Below the pieces are notes generated by a model, which was not told the origin of the DNA, did no database searches, and worked only from the letters and a program-made list of their open reading frames with translations. The position numbers and the translations under genes are program-made. DNA of 64,000 bases from Pseudomonadota bacterium (lineage in GTDB: Bacteria; Pseudomonadota; Gammaproteobacteria; Burkholderiales; SG8-39): positions 99,601 through 163,600 of the forward strand of contig CANGMI010000009.1 of assembly GCA_947455195.1 (NCBI GenBank). Direction: 5' to 3'. Of the stretch, positions 27,674 through 38,801 are shown piece after piece; positions within the stretch are counted from its first letter, which is position 1; each line of letters begins with the position of its first letter.

Positions 27674-28107
27674 CGCGGGTCATTCTCCAGGGCGGCGCGC
27701 ACGCGCCGGGGCAAGGCAATCGGGCGCCATTCATGGCGATGCACGCAGGCGAGTTCGACCTCGGCCTCGATGAGGCACTCATCACCCCGCAGGACCGTCT
27801 GCAGAAACTGCACCCGGGCCCGACCTGCCTGCGTGACACGCGCTGTCACACGCACGAGGTCATCGAGGCGTGCCGGCCGACGAAACCGCACATCGGCCCG
27901 GTGCACGACGAACATGGCCGCGTCCTCATCAGCCAGCACGACGAGATCGATGCCGAGCGAGCGCAGATACTCGGTGCGGGCAGCCTCCATGAAGCCGAGG
28001 TAGTTCGAGTGATAAACCACACCGGCTGCGTCGGTCTGCTGGTAGTAGACGCGCAACTCGATCGCGAAGGGCGCCGGTGAGGTCATCGCGCCCTCGGACA
28101 GGCTCAT
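27670..28107 (-). CDS. ybgC: Tol-Pal-associated acyl-CoA thioesterase
   Basis: [28 protein letters not shown]; position upstream of tolQ. Confidence 0.93.
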   Translation of the reverse strand: MSLSEGAMTSPAPFAIELRVYYQQTDAAGVVYHSNYLGFMEAARTEYLRSLGIDLVVLADEDAAMFVVHRADVRFRRPARLDDLVRVTARVTQAGRARVQFLQTVLRGDECLIEAEVELACVHRHEWRPIALPRRVRAALENDPR

Positions 28108-29222
28108 GGCTCACCTGCGTCATCGGCGGGCAGATCGATGCCGTCGAGCAGATCAGGTCCACCGCGCGACGCACCACCCCCGCGCACCGCCAGACCGCCG
28201 GGCACGAACGCCCCCGGGGGCACCGGCAGACCACAGTGCCGCCAGGCCATCATGGTGGCGATACGCCCGCGTGGCGTACGCTGCAGATAGCCCTGCTGGA
28301 TGAGAAAGGGCTCGATCACATCCTCGATGGTCTCGCGCTCCTCGCCAACGGCCGCCGCGAGGCTGTCGACACCCACCGGGCCGCCATCAAAGCGCTCGAT
28401 CATGGCGAGCAAGAGGCGCCGGTCCATGACGTCGAGCCCCTGCGAATCGACCTCGAGCATGGTGAGAGCTGCATCGGCCACGGTGCGGTTCATGCTGCCG
28501 CCTGCCTTCACCTGGGCGTAATCGCGTACCCGGCGCAGGAGACGATTCGCAATGCGCGGCGTACCGCGCGAGCGACGCGCAATCTCGAGTGCACCATCCG
28601 ACGAGAGGTCACAACCGAGCAAATGGGCTGATCGGGCGACGATCTTCTGCAGATCAGCCTCCGAATAGAACTCCAGGCGCGAGACGATGCCGAAACGATC
28701 ACGCAAGGGGTTGGTGAGCATGCCGGCACGCGTCGTGGCGCCCACCAGCGTGAACGGGGGGAGATCGAGCTTCACCGAGCGGGCTGCCGGCCCCTCGCCG
28801 ATCATGATGTCGACCCGATAGTCCTCGAGCGCCGGGTAGAGCACCTCTTCGACGACGGGCGACAGCCGATGGATCTCGTCGATGAAGAACACATCGTTGG
28901 GCTCGAGATTGGTCAGCTGGCCGACGAGGTCACCCGGCCGCTCGAGAACCGGCCCCGAGGTCTGGCGCAGGTTCACGCCCATCTCGTAGGCGATGATGTG
29001 CGCGAGCGTGGTCTTGCCCAGACCCGGTGGACCGAAGAGCAGCACGTGATCGAGCGCCTCGCCCCGGGCCCGGGCCGCCTCGATGAAGATTTCAAGCTGT
29101 GCGCGGGTGCGGGGCTGACCAACGTAATCGGCCAGGGCACGCGGCCGCAATGCGCGCTCGGATGCCTCTTCCTGCACGCTGCGCGGTGCAGCTGAGACGA
29201 TGCGGTCGTTTTCGATGGCCAT
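28104..29222 (-). CDS. ruvB: Holliday junction branch migration ATPase RuvB
   Basis: [36 protein letters not shown]. Confidence 0.98.
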   Translation of the reverse strand: MAIENDRIVSAAPRSVQEEASERALRPRALADYVGQPRTRAQLEIFIEAARARGEALDHVLLFGPPGLGKTTLAHIIAYEMGVNLRQTSGPVLERPGDLVGQLTNLEPNDVFFIDEIHRLSPVVEEVLYPALEDYRVDIMIGEGPAARSVKLDLPPFTLVGATTRAGMLTNPLRDRFGIVSRLEFYSEADLQKIVARSAHLLGCDLSSDGALEIARRSRGTPRIANRLLRRVRDYAQVKAGGSMNRTVADAALTMLEVDSQGLDVMDRRLLLAMIERFDGGPVGVDSLAAAVGEERETIEDVIEPFLIQQGYLQRTPRGRIATMMAWRHCGLPVPPGAFVPGGLAVRGGGASRGGPDLLDGIDLPADDAGEP

Positions 29223-29245
29223 GCCCGATTATCCCACGGCCCGGG

Positions 29246-29842
29246 TCAGGCTCTCGCCAGCAAGCGCAGGGCACGCCGGATGGCATCGGCCAGCGTGAGA
29301 TCAGCGGGCAATTGCTTGATGGCCGCCAGCGCCTCGCGCTCGACATAACCCAGGGCGAGCAACGCTCGCAGCACATCGTCGTTGCCCCCCGGCGCCTCGA
29401 TCGAATGCCCTGTCGCCGACTGCATGACAACGCCCGCAGGCGCGTCGAGGCGTCCCTTGAGTTCAAGCAGCAATCGCTCGGCGGTCTTCTTGCCGATACC
29501 GGGCACTCGCACCAGACGGCTGGGCTCCTGGGCAATGACGGCTGCGGCCAGCTCATCGACCGACATGCCCGAGAGCACGGCCAGCGCAATGCGCGCGCCC
29601 ACACCGGTGATCTTCAGCAGTTCGCGGAAGGTGCGGCGCTCGGCGACGGTTGCAAATCCGTAGAGCAGATGGGCGTCCTCACGCACCACATAATGCGTGA
29701 GCAAGGTGGCCACCTCGCCGGTGGCCGGCAGCACGTAGAACGTGCTCATCGGCACCTCGACCTCATAGGCGATGCCACCCGTGTCGATCAGTACCTGAGG
29801 GGGGGCCTTGTCAAGGATGACCCCGCGTATGCGTCCGATCAA
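29246..29842 (-). CDS. ruvA: Holliday junction branch migration protein RuvA
   Basis: [18 protein letters not shown], Hh[12 protein letters not shown]. Confidence 0.97.
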   Translation of the reverse strand: MIGRIRGVILDKAPPQVLIDTGGIAYEVEVPMSTFYVLPATGEVATLLTHYVVREDAHLLYGFATVAERRTFRELLKITGVGARIALAVLSGMSVDELAAAVIAQEPSRLVRVPGIGKKTAERLLLELKGRLDAPAGVVMQSATGHSIEAPGGNDDVLRALLALGYVEREALAAIKQLPADLTLADAIRRALRLLARA

Positions 29843-30426
29843 AGCGTCACCCTCCCGCGTCGCATGCTGAACCCGACGGCAGGCGTTGCCGCGCGAGTGC
29901 CGGCCAGCCTGGCACGTGCATTGTTGCCCAGAAGTGCCCCTGCCGCCTGCCCGGCGTAGGCGTGGCAGATGGCGCAGGCCAGCGCATCGGAGGCATCCGG
30001 CCCGGGGGCCACCGGCAACCCGAGGAGCCGCCGCACCATCTCCTGCACCTGCACCTTGCCGGCCTGCCCCTGACCCACCACCGACTTCTTGATCTGCGAG
30101 GCGGTGTACTCGGCGATCGGCAGTCGCGAGAGCAGCACCGCGCAGATGGCCGTGCCACGCGCCTGCCCGAGCGCGAGGCTCGATTGGGCATTGGAATTGA
30201 CGAACACCTTCTCGATGGCGACACGATCGGGCACGTGCTCGGCCACGACCTCGCGCACGCCTTGCAGGATGACTGCAAGGCGCTCGGGCAACTCACCGGC
30301 ATCGGGTGAACGTACCCGGCCACTGGCCACATAGACGAGACCCGCCGGCCCCGATTCGATCACCCCGAAACCGGTGATGCGAAGGCCGGGGTCGATACCC
30401 AGGATACGGACGCCTGGCGCGCTCAT
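29839..30426 (-). CDS. ruvC: Crossover junction endodeoxyribonuclease RuvC
   Basis: [33 protein letters not shown]. Confidence 0.97.
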   Translation of the reverse strand: MSAPGVRILGIDPGLRITGFGVIESGPAGLVYVASGRVRSPDAGELPERLAVILQGVREVVAEHVPDRVAIEKVFVNSNAQSSLALGQARGTAICAVLLSRLPIAEYTASQIKKSVVGQGQAGKVQVQEMVRRLLGLPVAPGPDASDALACAICHAYAGQAAGALLGNNARARLAGTRAATPAVGFSMRRGRVTL

Positions 30427-31334
30427 CGCGACCCCGCCACGACGGGCTGCGCCAGAACAACTCGCCCACCGGTCGAGGCATAGGCCACACCGATCACCGT
30501 CACCAGCATGCCGGCGAGTGCCAGGGGGCCGAGTCGCTCATCGAAGAGGACATACATGAACGTCGATGTGATGACCGGTACGAGGTAGAGAAGACCTGCC
30601 ACGCTGGCGGCAGCCCCGCGCAGGAAGATGAGATGCATGATGCCGTAGACCAGGCTCGAGAGGCCTGCCAGCCAGAGAATGCTCGCGGCGAATTCGGGCG
30701 CCCAGTCGATGGCAAACGACTCGACCCGCACGGCAGCCCCCAGCATCAGGAGCGCCGGCAGCGCCAACTGGACGATGAGCCCGCTGCGCCAGTCCATGAA
30801 GGCACAGAAACGCTTCTGATAGAGCGTGCCGGCCGTCAGACTGAGCATGGCAAGCGCGATGGCGCCGGCCTGCAGCGGCCGACTCCAGTCAAAGGCGATT
30901 CGATCGGATAGCACCATGAGCACGCCAACCAGTCCGAGCACGAGCCCGCCCCACTGGCGCGGGCTCACCCGCTCACCCAGCGCGAGGCCTACTGCAAGGG
31001 CCGTGGCAAGCGGTTGCAGGGCGCCGATCAGTGCCGTGATACCCACTGGAAACCCATCGGCAGCAGCGTGGAAATTGATGCCCAGATAGACCGCGTGAAT
31101 CAGCAGACCCGCCACCACCAGGTGCGCCCAATCAGCCCGACGTTGCGGCCAGCGCGCATGGCCGAGCCAGGCGAGGCCGCCCAGCACGACAATGGCACCA
31201 CCAAAGCGCAGAAAGAGCACGGTGAACGACCCTGCATGCAGCACCGCCGCCTTGCAGGCGGCGTAGCCCGATGACCAGAGGATGACGAAGACCGCCGGCA
31301 GCACCACCCGCTGGGTCGCGCTCATCGGCGACAT
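30423..31334 (-). CDS. EamA/DMT family transporter
   Basis: About 10 TM helices, [22 protein letters not shown]. Confidence 0.9.
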   Translation of the reverse strand: MSPMSATQRVVLPAVFVILWSSGYAACKAAVLHAGSFTVLFLRFGGAIVVLGGLAWLGHARWPQRRADWAHLVVAGLLIHAVYLGINFHAAADGFPVGITALIGALQPLATALAVGLALGERVSPRQWGGLVLGLVGVLMVLSDRIAFDWSRPLQAGAIALAMLSLTAGTLYQKRFCAFMDWRSGLIVQLALPALLMLGAAVRVESFAIDWAPEFAASILWLAGLSSLVYGIMHLIFLRGAAASVAGLLYLVPVITSTFMYVLFDERLGPLALAGMLVTVIGVAYASTGGRVVLAQPVVAGSR

Positions 31335-32059
31335 CAGTCCTCGATGGCTGCAGTGGAATAGACGTCTTGCACGTCATCGAGCGATTCGAGTGCGTCGAGC
31401 AGTTTCTGCATGCGTGCGCCCTCATCACCGGCAAGCGCAGTCTCGGTACCCGCCCGCATGGTGATGTCGGCCGCTTCAGGCTTGAAGCCTGCCGCGGTCA
31501 ATGCGTCACGCACAGCCTGGAAGTCAGCCGGTGCGCAGATCACTTCGATCGCCCCATCGTCATGCACGACGACGTCCTCGGCACCCGCATCGAGGGCCGC
31601 CCCCATCACCGCATCCTCATCGGCACCCGGCGCAAGAAAGAACTGGCCGCAATGCTTGAACTGGAAGACCACCGAGCCGTCGGTACCGAGATTGCCGCCA
31701 TGCTTGCTGAAGGCGTGACGCACCTCGCTCACGGTACGGGTACGGTTGTCGGTCAGGCAGTCGACAATGACTGCGGCGCCGCCGATGCCATAGCCTTCGT
31801 AGCGGATTTCCTCGTAGTTCACGCCATCGAGGTCGCCCGAGCCGCGCTTCACTGCCCGCTCGACGTTATCCTTGGGCATGTTGGCTTCGGCCGCCTTTTC
31901 CATGGCGAGCCGCAACCGGGGGTTCATCGTCGGATCACCGCCGCCCATGCGGGCAGCGACCGTGATTTCCTTGATGAGGCGGGTAAAGACCTTGCCCCGG
32001 CGTGCATCGGTGACGGCCTTCTTGTGCTTGATGTTCGCCCACTTGGAATGGCCAGCCAT
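31334..32059 (-). CDS. yebC: YebC/PmpR family protein
   Basis: [26 protein letters not shown]. Confidence 0.96.
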   Translation of the reverse strand: MAGHSKWANIKHKKAVTDARRGKVFTRLIKEITVAARMGGGDPTMNPRLRLAMEKAAEANMPKDNVERAVKRGSGDLDGVNYEEIRYEGYGIGGAAVIVDCLTDNRTRTVSEVRHAFSKHGGNLGTDGSVVFQFKHCGQFFLAPGADEDAVMGAALDAGAEDVVVHDDGAIEVICAPADFQAVRDALTAAGFKPEAADITMRAGTETALAGDEGARMQKLLDALESLDDVQDVYSTAAIED

Positions 32060-32993
32060 GTCGCCTCGCGCTACCGATCTGAAGACGCCGGAGTTTAGCA
32101 TTCGGGCGGGAGGAAGCTTGCTGGCCGCGCTCGCCGTGGTGCTGCTGTCGGTGCGTCCGGTTCTCGTGAAGATCTGCTACCAAGTCGGCGTCGACCCGGT
32201 GACGCTGCTCACCTTGCGCATGGGCCTGGCGATGCCGGCCTTCATTGCGGTGGCTCTGTGGCTGCGCCGGCGCGGCGCCGGGGCGCCGGTCAGTGCCGCC
32301 GACTGGAAGCTCATCGTGCTGCTGGGGTTTCTGGGCTATTACCTCTCGAGCTTCCTCGATTTTCTGGGTCTTCAGTACATTCCGGCCGGCCTGGGGCGCC
32401 TGATCCTCTTTGCCTATCCGACCCTCGTGGTCGTACTCTCGTGGCTGCTCTACCGCCGTCGCACCGGACGTCGTGAGCTGGGCGCCCTCGCGCTCACCTA
32501 CGCCGGGCTGGCGCTGGTGCTCGGCGGCACCATCACGCAGGGTGCGAGCCCGGTGCACCTCGTGCTCGGCGCGAGTCTCGTCTTCGCGAGTTCGATCAGC
32601 TTCTCGCTGTACCTGGTGATCGGATCGCGCCTCATCCAGCGGGTCGGGTCGATGCGATTCACCGCCTACGCCTCGATGGTGGCGAGCCTCTTCTGCCTCG
32701 TGCAGTTTGCACTCACCCGCGATGCAGCCGCACTCGACCTGCCACCCACCATCTGGTGGACCGCCCTGGCGATGGCCATCGGCTGCACGGTCATTCCGCT
32801 CTTCCTCACTGCCGAAGCCCTGCGCCGTGTCGGTGCCAGCCAGGTTGCGATCATCGGTGCCCTGGGGCCTGTGACTACGCTAGCATTCGGGTTCATCGGG
32901 CTCGATGAGCCTCTGGGGCTCATCCAGGCGGCGGGGGCCTTGGTGGTACTGGCCGGGGTCATGCTGGTGACCACCGGCACACGACGCACCTGA
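32058..32993 (+). CDS. EamA/DMT family transporter
   Basis: About 10 TM helices, [33 protein letters not shown]; start uncertain (ATG 32058, or TTG near 32118). Confidence 0.85.
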   Translation: MSPRATDLKTPEFSIRAGGSLLAALAVVLLSVRPVLVKICYQVGVDPVTLLTLRMGLAMPAFIAVALWLRRRGAGAPVSAADWKLIVLLGFLGYYLSSFLDFLGLQYIPAGLGRLILFAYPTLVVVLSWLLYRRRTGRRELGALALTYAGLALVLGGTITQGASPVHLVLGASLVFASSISFSLYLVIGSRLIQRVGSMRFTAYASMVASLFCLVQFALTRDAAALDLPPTIWWTALAMAIGCTVIPLFLTAEALRRVGASQVAIIGALGPVTTLAFGFIGLDEPLGLIQAAGALVVLAGVMLVTTGTRRT

Positions 32994-33126
32994 CGCATGG
33001 GATGCAACCGAGGCCACGGAAGCCCTTGAGACCTCGGATTCGACCGGGGTGCCAGCCACGCCGACTTGACCCGGTGATGCCGTTGACCGGCATACTGAAC
33101 GTATCGATATTCCGACGGAGCATGTG

Positions 33127-33906
33127 ATGGATCTGGGCATCAAGGGACGCAGGGCAATCGTCTGCGCAGCCAGCAAGGGCTTGGGGCGTGGCTGCGCCAT
33201 GTCACTCGCCCGCGAAGGGGTCGATGTCACCCTGTCGGCACGCGGTGCCGAAGCGCTGGCCGCGACCGCAGCCGAGATTCGCGCCGAAACCGGCGTCACG
33301 GTGCAGACCGTGGTGGCCGACATGGCAACCGAGGAAGGGCGCGCCGCCCTTCTTGCCGCCTGTCCCACGCCCGACATTCTCGTCACCAACGCGGGTGGGC
33401 CGGCACCCGGCGACTTTCGCAACTGGACGCGTGACACCTGGCTGGCGGCGCTCGACGCGAACATGCTCGGCCCGATCGAACTCATCAGGGCCACCATCGA
33501 CCCGATGATCGCGCAACAGTTCGGACGCATCATCAACATCACCTCGGGTGCAGTGAAGCACCCGATCGATGTACTGGGCCTGTCCAATGGCGCCCGTTCG
33601 GGGCTCACCGGCTTCGTGAGTGGCCTTGCGCGTTCGGTGGCCCGACACAACGTCACCATCAACAATCTGCTGCCTGGCGCCCACGAGACCGACCGCGTCA
33701 AGGTCACCATGGCGGCGATGGCAGCGCAGCGTGGCACCACGCCAGAGGCGATGAAGGCCGAGCGCGCCAAGGCCATTCCGGCCGGACGCTTTGGCGACGC
33801 GATGGACTTTGGTGCAGTGTGCGCCTTTCTCTGCAGTCAGCAGGCAAGCTACATGACCGCCCAGAACGTGCTCGTCGATGGTGGCGCCTACTCGGGCGTC
33901 TACTGA
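33127..33906 (+). CDS. SDR family oxidoreductase
   Basis: MDLGIKGRRAIVCAASKGLG, TNAGG, SNGARSGL (atypical, no YxxxK), NNLLPG. Confidence 0.9.
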   Translation: MDLGIKGRRAIVCAASKGLGRGCAMSLAREGVDVTLSARGAEALAATAAEIRAETGVTVQTVVADMATEEGRAALLAACPTPDILVTNAGGPAPGDFRNWTRDTWLAALDANMLGPIELIRATIDPMIAQQFGRIINITSGAVKHPIDVLGLSNGARSGLTGFVSGLARSVARHNVTINNLLPGAHETDRVKVTMAAMAAQRGTTPEAMKAERAKAIPAGRFGDAMDFGAVCAFLCSQQASYMTAQNVLVDGGAYSGVY

Positions 33907-33936
33907 GCGCAAGATTTCGCCCGACCGGAGACAGGC

Positions 33937-34704
33937 ATGCCCCACACCGCTTCAGTTGCCACGAGTGCAGCCACCTGCAGCGCTACCGAATGGGCAGCAC
34001 GCATCGAACTGGCGGCCTGCTACCGGGTCTTTGCCCGGATGGGCTGGACCGAACTCATCTTCAATCACATCACCCTGCGGGTGCCCGATGAGCCGGCCCA
34101 CTTCCTGATCAACCCGTTTGGTCTGCATTACAGTGAAGTGCGGGCATCCAACCTGGTGAAGATTGACACCGCCGGCAACGCCGTCGGTCCGACCCGGCAT
34201 CGGGTGAATCCGGCCGGTTTCGTGATTCATTCGGCCATCCACCAGGGCATTGGCGAAGCCCACTGCGTGATGCACACCCACACCACCGCCGGCATGGCGG
34301 TGGCCTGCACCCGGGCCGGGCTCACGATGAGCAACTTCTACGCGGTGAATCTGGCCAATCAGGTGGCCTACCACGACTTCGAGGGCGTTACCACGAGCCT
34401 CGAGGAGGGTCCGCGCCTCGTTCGCAGCTTCGGCACGCACAAGGCCATGATCCTGCGCAGTCATGGCCTCATCAGCCATGGCCGTACGGTGGCGGAGGCC
34501 TTCGTCTGGCTGTGGACGCTCAACCGGGCCTGTGAAATCCAGGTGGCCACGGCCAGCATGGGTAGCGAGATCCTGCCGATACCGGACTCGGCTTGGCAGG
34601 ACCCGGCGCGCGCCGGTCTTCAGTTCTCGGCCCAGAACGCGCAGGCGGTTTTTGATGCCATGCGCCGCCAGGTCGATGCCTCAGACCCGGGCTACGCCAC
34701 CTAG
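33937..34704 (+). CDS. Class II aldolase/adducin family protein
   Basis: NHITLR, LINPFGL, GFVIHSAIH, HTHT, LRSHG. Confidence 0.92.
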   Translation: MPHTASVATSAATCSATEWAARIELAACYRVFARMGWTELIFNHITLRVPDEPAHFLINPFGLHYSEVRASNLVKIDTAGNAVGPTRHRVNPAGFVIHSAIHQGIGEAHCVMHTHTTAGMAVACTRAGLTMSNFYAVNLANQVAYHDFEGVTTSLEEGPRLVRSFGTHKAMILRSHGLISHGRTVAEAFVWLWTLNRACEIQVATASMGSEILPIPDSAWQDPARAGLQFSAQNAQAVFDAMRRQVDASDPGYAT

Positions 34705-34764
34705 TTGACGCATGCCGGGGCCGCGCGGGTGCCGTCCGCTCGCGGGCGCCGGCGAAATGCCATG

Positions 34765-34797
34765 AAAAAAGCCCCCGGCATGGCTGCTCGGGGGCTT
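34765..34797 (-). terminator. Rho-independent terminator downstream of the MHS transporter
   Basis: Minus strand AAGCCCCCGAGCA-GCCA-TGCCGGGGGC followed by TTTTTT. Confidence 0.8.
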
Positions 34798-34846
34798 CAT
34801 GACATCCGGGTGCTGGCGGGATACCCGCCAGGCCAGGGTCCGTCGA

Positions 34847-36529
34847 TCAGTGGCTGTGGAACTCGTTGATGTCCACGTCCTTGGTCTCGCGGATGAAGAT
34901 GAGACCGATGATGAAGGTCGCCGACGCTACGATGATGGGGTACCACAGGCCGTAGTAGATATCGCCCGTCGCGGCCACCATCGCAAACGCCGTGGTCGGC
35001 AGGAACCCGCCGAACCAGCCGTTGCCGATGTGGTACGGCAGGGACATCGAGGTGTAGCGGATATTGGTCGGGAAGAGTTCGACCAGCATCGCCGCGATCG
35101 GGCCGTACACCATGGTGACCAGGATCACGAGCAGGGTGAGGATCGTGATCGTCATGCCCCAGTTGACCGCCGCCTTGTCAGCCTTGGCCGGGTAGCCGGC
35201 TTCCTTGATCGCCTCGCCCATCGCCTTGTTGAAGGTGTCGCTCGCGGCCTTCAGGTCAGCACCGGTCAGACCCTTGAGCGAGACGCTCTCGATCTCGGTG
35301 TTGCCCACCTTCACCTTGGCCACCGTACCTGCGGGCGCTACCTGATTGGTGTAGTTCACCGACGCACGAGCGAGGAAGGACTTCGCCACATCACAGGAGC
35401 TGGTGAACTTGGCCGTTCCGACCGGGTTGAACTGGAACGAGCACTCGGCGGGGTCGGCCATGACCACCACCGGTGACTTCGCCAGCGCCGCTTCGAGGGC
35501 CGGGTTGGCGTAGTGGGTCAGCATCCCGAAGAGGGGGAAGTAGCTCAGCGCAGCAATCAGGCAGCCCCCCAGGATGATCGGCTTGCGACCGATGCGGTCC
35601 GACAGCGAACCAAACAGGATGAAGAAGGGCGTGCCGATCGCCAGCGAGGCCGCGATCATCAGGTTGGCATCGAAACCATCCACCTTCAGGGTCTGGGTGA
35701 GGAAGAAGAGCGCGTAGAACTGACCGGTGTACCAGACCACGGCCTGACCCGCCGTCAGACCCAGCAGCGCGATGATGACGATCTTGAGGTTGCGCCATTG
35801 TCCGAACGACTCGGTGAGCGGCGCCTTGGAGCGCTTGCCCTCGGCCTTCATCTTCTGGAAGAGCGGCGATTCGCTGAGGGTGAGGCGAATCCATACCGAG
35901 ACGCCCAGCAGCACGACCGACAGCAGGAACGGCACACGCCAGCCCCAGTCGGCGAAGGCCGCTTCACCGGTCCAGGTCCGCGTGCCGAGAATCACCAGCA
36001 GCGACAGGAACAGACCCATGGTGGCCGTGGTCTGGATCCAGGCCGTGTAAGCACCCCGCTTGCCGTTCGGCGCATGTTCGGCCACATACGTGGCGGCACC
36101 ACCATACTCGCCGCCGAGGGCCAGACCCTGCAGGAGACGCAAGGTGATCAGGATGATCGGTGCCGTGACCCCGATCGACGCGTAGGAGGGCAGGATACCG
36201 ACCACGAAGGTCGACAGACCCATGAGGATGATGGTGATGAGGAAGGTGTACTTGCGGCCCACCATGTCACCGAGGCGACCGAAGAGCAGCGCGCCAAAGG
36301 GACGCACTGCAAAACCGGCCGCAAACGCCATGAGGGCGAAGATGAACGCCGCCGTTTCATTGACGCCGGAGAAGAACTGCTTGGAAATGATCGCGGCCAG
36401 CGATCCATACAGGTAAAAGTCGTACCACTCGAATACCGTGCCGAGTGATGATGCGAAGATGACCTTGCGTTCCTCGGGGGTCATGCCCTCCGCGGCCGCA
36501 GGCTTCATCGATGAGCTTGCTGTCGACAT
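34847..36529 (-). CDS. MFS metabolite:H+ symporter (MHS family) with large periplasmic insertion
   Basis: ASSLGTVFEWYDFYLY, RPFGA, GDMVGRK, GGEYGGA, ELFPTNIRY. Confidence 0.95.
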   Translation of the reverse strand: MSTASSSMKPAAAEGMTPEERKVIFASSLGTVFEWYDFYLYGSLAAIISKQFFSGVNETAAFIFALMAFAAGFAVRPFGALLFGRLGDMVGRKYTFLITIILMGLSTFVVGILPSYASIGVTAPIILITLRLLQGLALGGEYGGAATYVAEHAPNGKRGAYTAWIQTTATMGLFLSLLVILGTRTWTGEAAFADWGWRVPFLLSVVLLGVSVWIRLTLSESPLFQKMKAEGKRSKAPLTESFGQWRNLKIVIIALLGLTAGQAVVWYTGQFYALFFLTQTLKVDGFDANLMIAASLAIGTPFFILFGSLSDRIGRKPIILGGCLIAALSYFPLFGMLTHYANPALEAALAKSPVVVMADPAECSFQFNPVGTAKFTSSCDVAKSFLARASVNYTNQVAPAGTVAKVKVGNTEIESVSLKGLTGADLKAASDTFNKAMGEAIKEAGYPAKADKAAVNWGMTITILTLLVILVTMVYGPIAAMLVELFPTNIRYTSMSLPYHIGNGWFGGFLPTTAFAMVAATGDIYYGLWYPIIVASATFIIGLIFIRETKDVDINEFHSH

Positions 36530-36737
36530 CCCTTATCTCCCTTGGTGACTGGCGGTGCGTGCCTGCACGACAGCGGCTCGCTACCGGTTGGATCCGTTCT
36601 GCTTCGGACTGCCTGGACGGTTCGGGCGTGAGACTTGCATCAACCGGACCCTAGTGCGCGACGCTTATCATATCTTAATCAATATGTCGTGGAAATCTTG
36701 TCGTGATCTCGACAGGCAATCCCGGCAGCAAAGCGCC

Positions 36738-37664
36738 TCAGAGCGCAGCCAGGCGCCGCTCCTGGCGTGCGATCAGCCGATCGACCTCGGCCCGCCCGCG
36801 GACGTCGAGGCGGGGCCCGGGCAGGCGCAGGTTCTCGCAGGCCATCGCGCCACGTCGCATCAGGACGTACTTGCGGATGGCAAGGCCGATGCCGGGTTGC
36901 AGTTCATGTCGCACGAGCGGCAGGTAGGCATCGAATCGATCCTCGGCCGCCTCGTGCTCACCCGCCACCCACAGACGGTGCACGTCGACCATCATCTCCG
37001 GGTAGGAAAAACCGGTCATCGCCCCATCGGCACCGCGCGCGAGTTCCTGCGGGTAATGCAGGGCACCGTTGCCCACCAGAATCGACACCCGGCGCCCCGG
37101 TCCGTCACCGTGCTCGCGCACCGCGCTCAGCTTGTCCAGACCGGGACAATCCTCGTGCTTGAGCATCACCACATTGGCAAAGTCATCGATGATGCGATTG
37201 ATCACCGAGGTCGACATGTACACGCCCGTTGTCTGCGGGTAATCCTGCACCACCAGCGGCACGTCGGCCAGCGTCGTGCAGATGCGCTGGTAGAAACCGT
37301 GCACCTGATCATCCGATCGCAGACCGGGCATGGGCGCCACCATGATCGCCGCCGCCCCCTCATCCATCATGCGTGCGCCAAACACCTTGAGATTGTCCAG
37401 ATAGGGGCTCGCGGCACCGACAATCACCGGCACGCGTCCGGCCACCTGATCGATCACCGTGCGTGCAAACGCAAGACTCTCCTCGGGACTGAGCTTGTTC
37501 TGCTCACCGAGGATGCCGAGAATCGTGAGCCCGTGGGCGCCATGCGCCAGGTAGAAGTCAGTGAGCCGGCGGGCACTGTCATGGTCGACCGCGCCCTCCG
37601 CCGTGAACGGCGTGGCCGAAATGACATAGACACCCTTCGCGTCGGTACCCAATCGGGCGTGCAT
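36738..37664 (-). CDS. Dihydrodipicolinate synthase (DapA-like) family aldolase
   Basis: ATPF, LGILGE, QDYP, Schiff-base Lys in LKHED. Confidence 0.88.
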   Translation of the reverse strand: MHARLGTDAKGVYVISATPFTAEGAVDHDSARRLTDFYLAHGAHGLTILGILGEQNKLSPEESLAFARTVIDQVAGRVPVIVGAASPYLDNLKVFGARMMDEGAAAIMVAPMPGLRSDDQVHGFYQRICTTLADVPLVVQDYPQTTGVYMSTSVINRIIDDFANVVMLKHEDCPGLDKLSAVREHGDGPGRRVSILVGNGALHYPQELARGADGAMTGFSYPEMMVDVHRLWVAGEHEAAEDRFDAYLPLVRHELQPGIGLAIRKYVLMRRGAMACENLRLPGPRLDVRGRAEVDRLIARQERRLAAL

Positions 37665-37788
37665 GAGCCGTCTTCTCCTCGTGGTGGTTCGACCGGGCAA
37701 TCCGTACCCGGGCCGGATGCGCGGGAAGTCTACGCTGCCCTCAGCCCATGGGATAATCCCGGCCCATCATCCGAGGAGCATCCGAGCC

Positions 37789-38787
37789 GTGATTCCAGAC
37801 ACCATGCAGTACATCGACCACGGCAAGGGCGGTGAGTCCGATGTCATGACACTCGCCACCGGTCCGGTACCGGTGCCAGGGCCTGGCGAAGTACTCATCC
37901 GGGTCGCCCATGCCGGCGTCAACAGACCCGACGTGCAGCAGCGCAAGGGACTCTATCCGCCGCCGCCTGGCGCTTCTCCGGTCATGGGCCTCGAAGTCGC
38001 GGGCGAGATCGTGGCCGTGGGCGAGGGCGAGATGGCGTGGAAGGTGGGTGACACGGTCTGTGCGCTGACCCCCGGGGGCGGCTACGCGCAGTACTGCAAG
38101 GCGCCTGCAGGCAGCTGCCTGCCGATACCGGCCGGGCTCTCGCTTCTCGAAGCTGCGGCCCTGCCCGAAAACTACTTCACCGTCTGGTCGAATGTGTTCT
38201 TTCGCGCGCAACTCAAGCCCGGAGAGCGGTTTCTGGTGCATGGTGGCTCGAGCGGCATCGGCCTCACGGCCATTCAACTGGCACACGCCTTCGGCGCCAC
38301 GGTCTACACCACCGTCGGCAGCGACGAGAAAGCCGCAGCCTGTCGCGCTGCCGGGGCCGATGTCGCGATCAATTACCGCACCCAGGACTGGGCTGCCGAG
38401 ATCTGGCAGCTCACCAACCGTCGGGGTGTCGATGTCATCCTCGACATGGTGGGTGGCGACTACGTCAATCGCAACCTGCGCTCCCTTGCCATGGAGGGCC
38501 GCCTGGTGCAGATCGGGTTCATGCAGGGCCCCAAGGCCGAAATCGACGCCGGCGCCATCCTCATGAAACGACTCACCTTCACCGGGTCGGCCTTGCGACC
38601 ACGCACCAACGAAGTGAAGGCGCGCATTGCAGGCGGACTGCGCAGCCGCGTATGGCCGCTCATCGAACAGGGCAAGGTCCGCCCGGTGATTCATGCACGC
38701 TTCCCACTGGCCGAAGCCGCCGCGGCGCATGCGCTGATGGAATCGAGCACCCATATCGGCAAGATCATGCTGGACGTCCAGTCCTGA
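37789..38787 (+). CDS. NAD(P)H-quinone oxidoreductase (PIG3/zeta-crystallin MDR family)
   Basis: GVNRPDVQQRKGLYPPPPGAS, HGGSSGIG, HIGKI; GAGGAG SD before GTG 37789 (ATG 37804 alternative). Confidence 0.93.
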   Translation: MIPDTMQYIDHGKGGESDVMTLATGPVPVPGPGEVLIRVAHAGVNRPDVQQRKGLYPPPPGASPVMGLEVAGEIVAVGEGEMAWKVGDTVCALTPGGGYAQYCKAPAGSCLPIPAGLSLLEAAALPENYFTVWSNVFFRAQLKPGERFLVHGGSSGIGLTAIQLAHAFGATVYTTVGSDEKAAACRAAGADVAINYRTQDWAAEIWQLTNRRGVDVILDMVGGDYVNRNLRSLAMEGRLVQIGFMQGPKAEIDAGAILMKRLTFTGSALRPRTNEVKARIAGGLRSRVWPLIEQGKVRPVIHARFPLAEAAAAHALMESSTHIGKIMLDVQS

Positions 38788-38801
38788 AGGAGACCATCGC
38801 G

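Noticed and set aside
36663-36705. AT-rich CTTA-N6-CTTA direct repeat upstream of the MHS transporter
   Set aside because: Probably part of the promoter, but too short to assign a regulator.
36738-37664. dapA (lysine biosynthesis)
   Set aside because: It has LGILGE instead of the GTTGE pyruvate-binding motif of true DHDPS; family-level call only.
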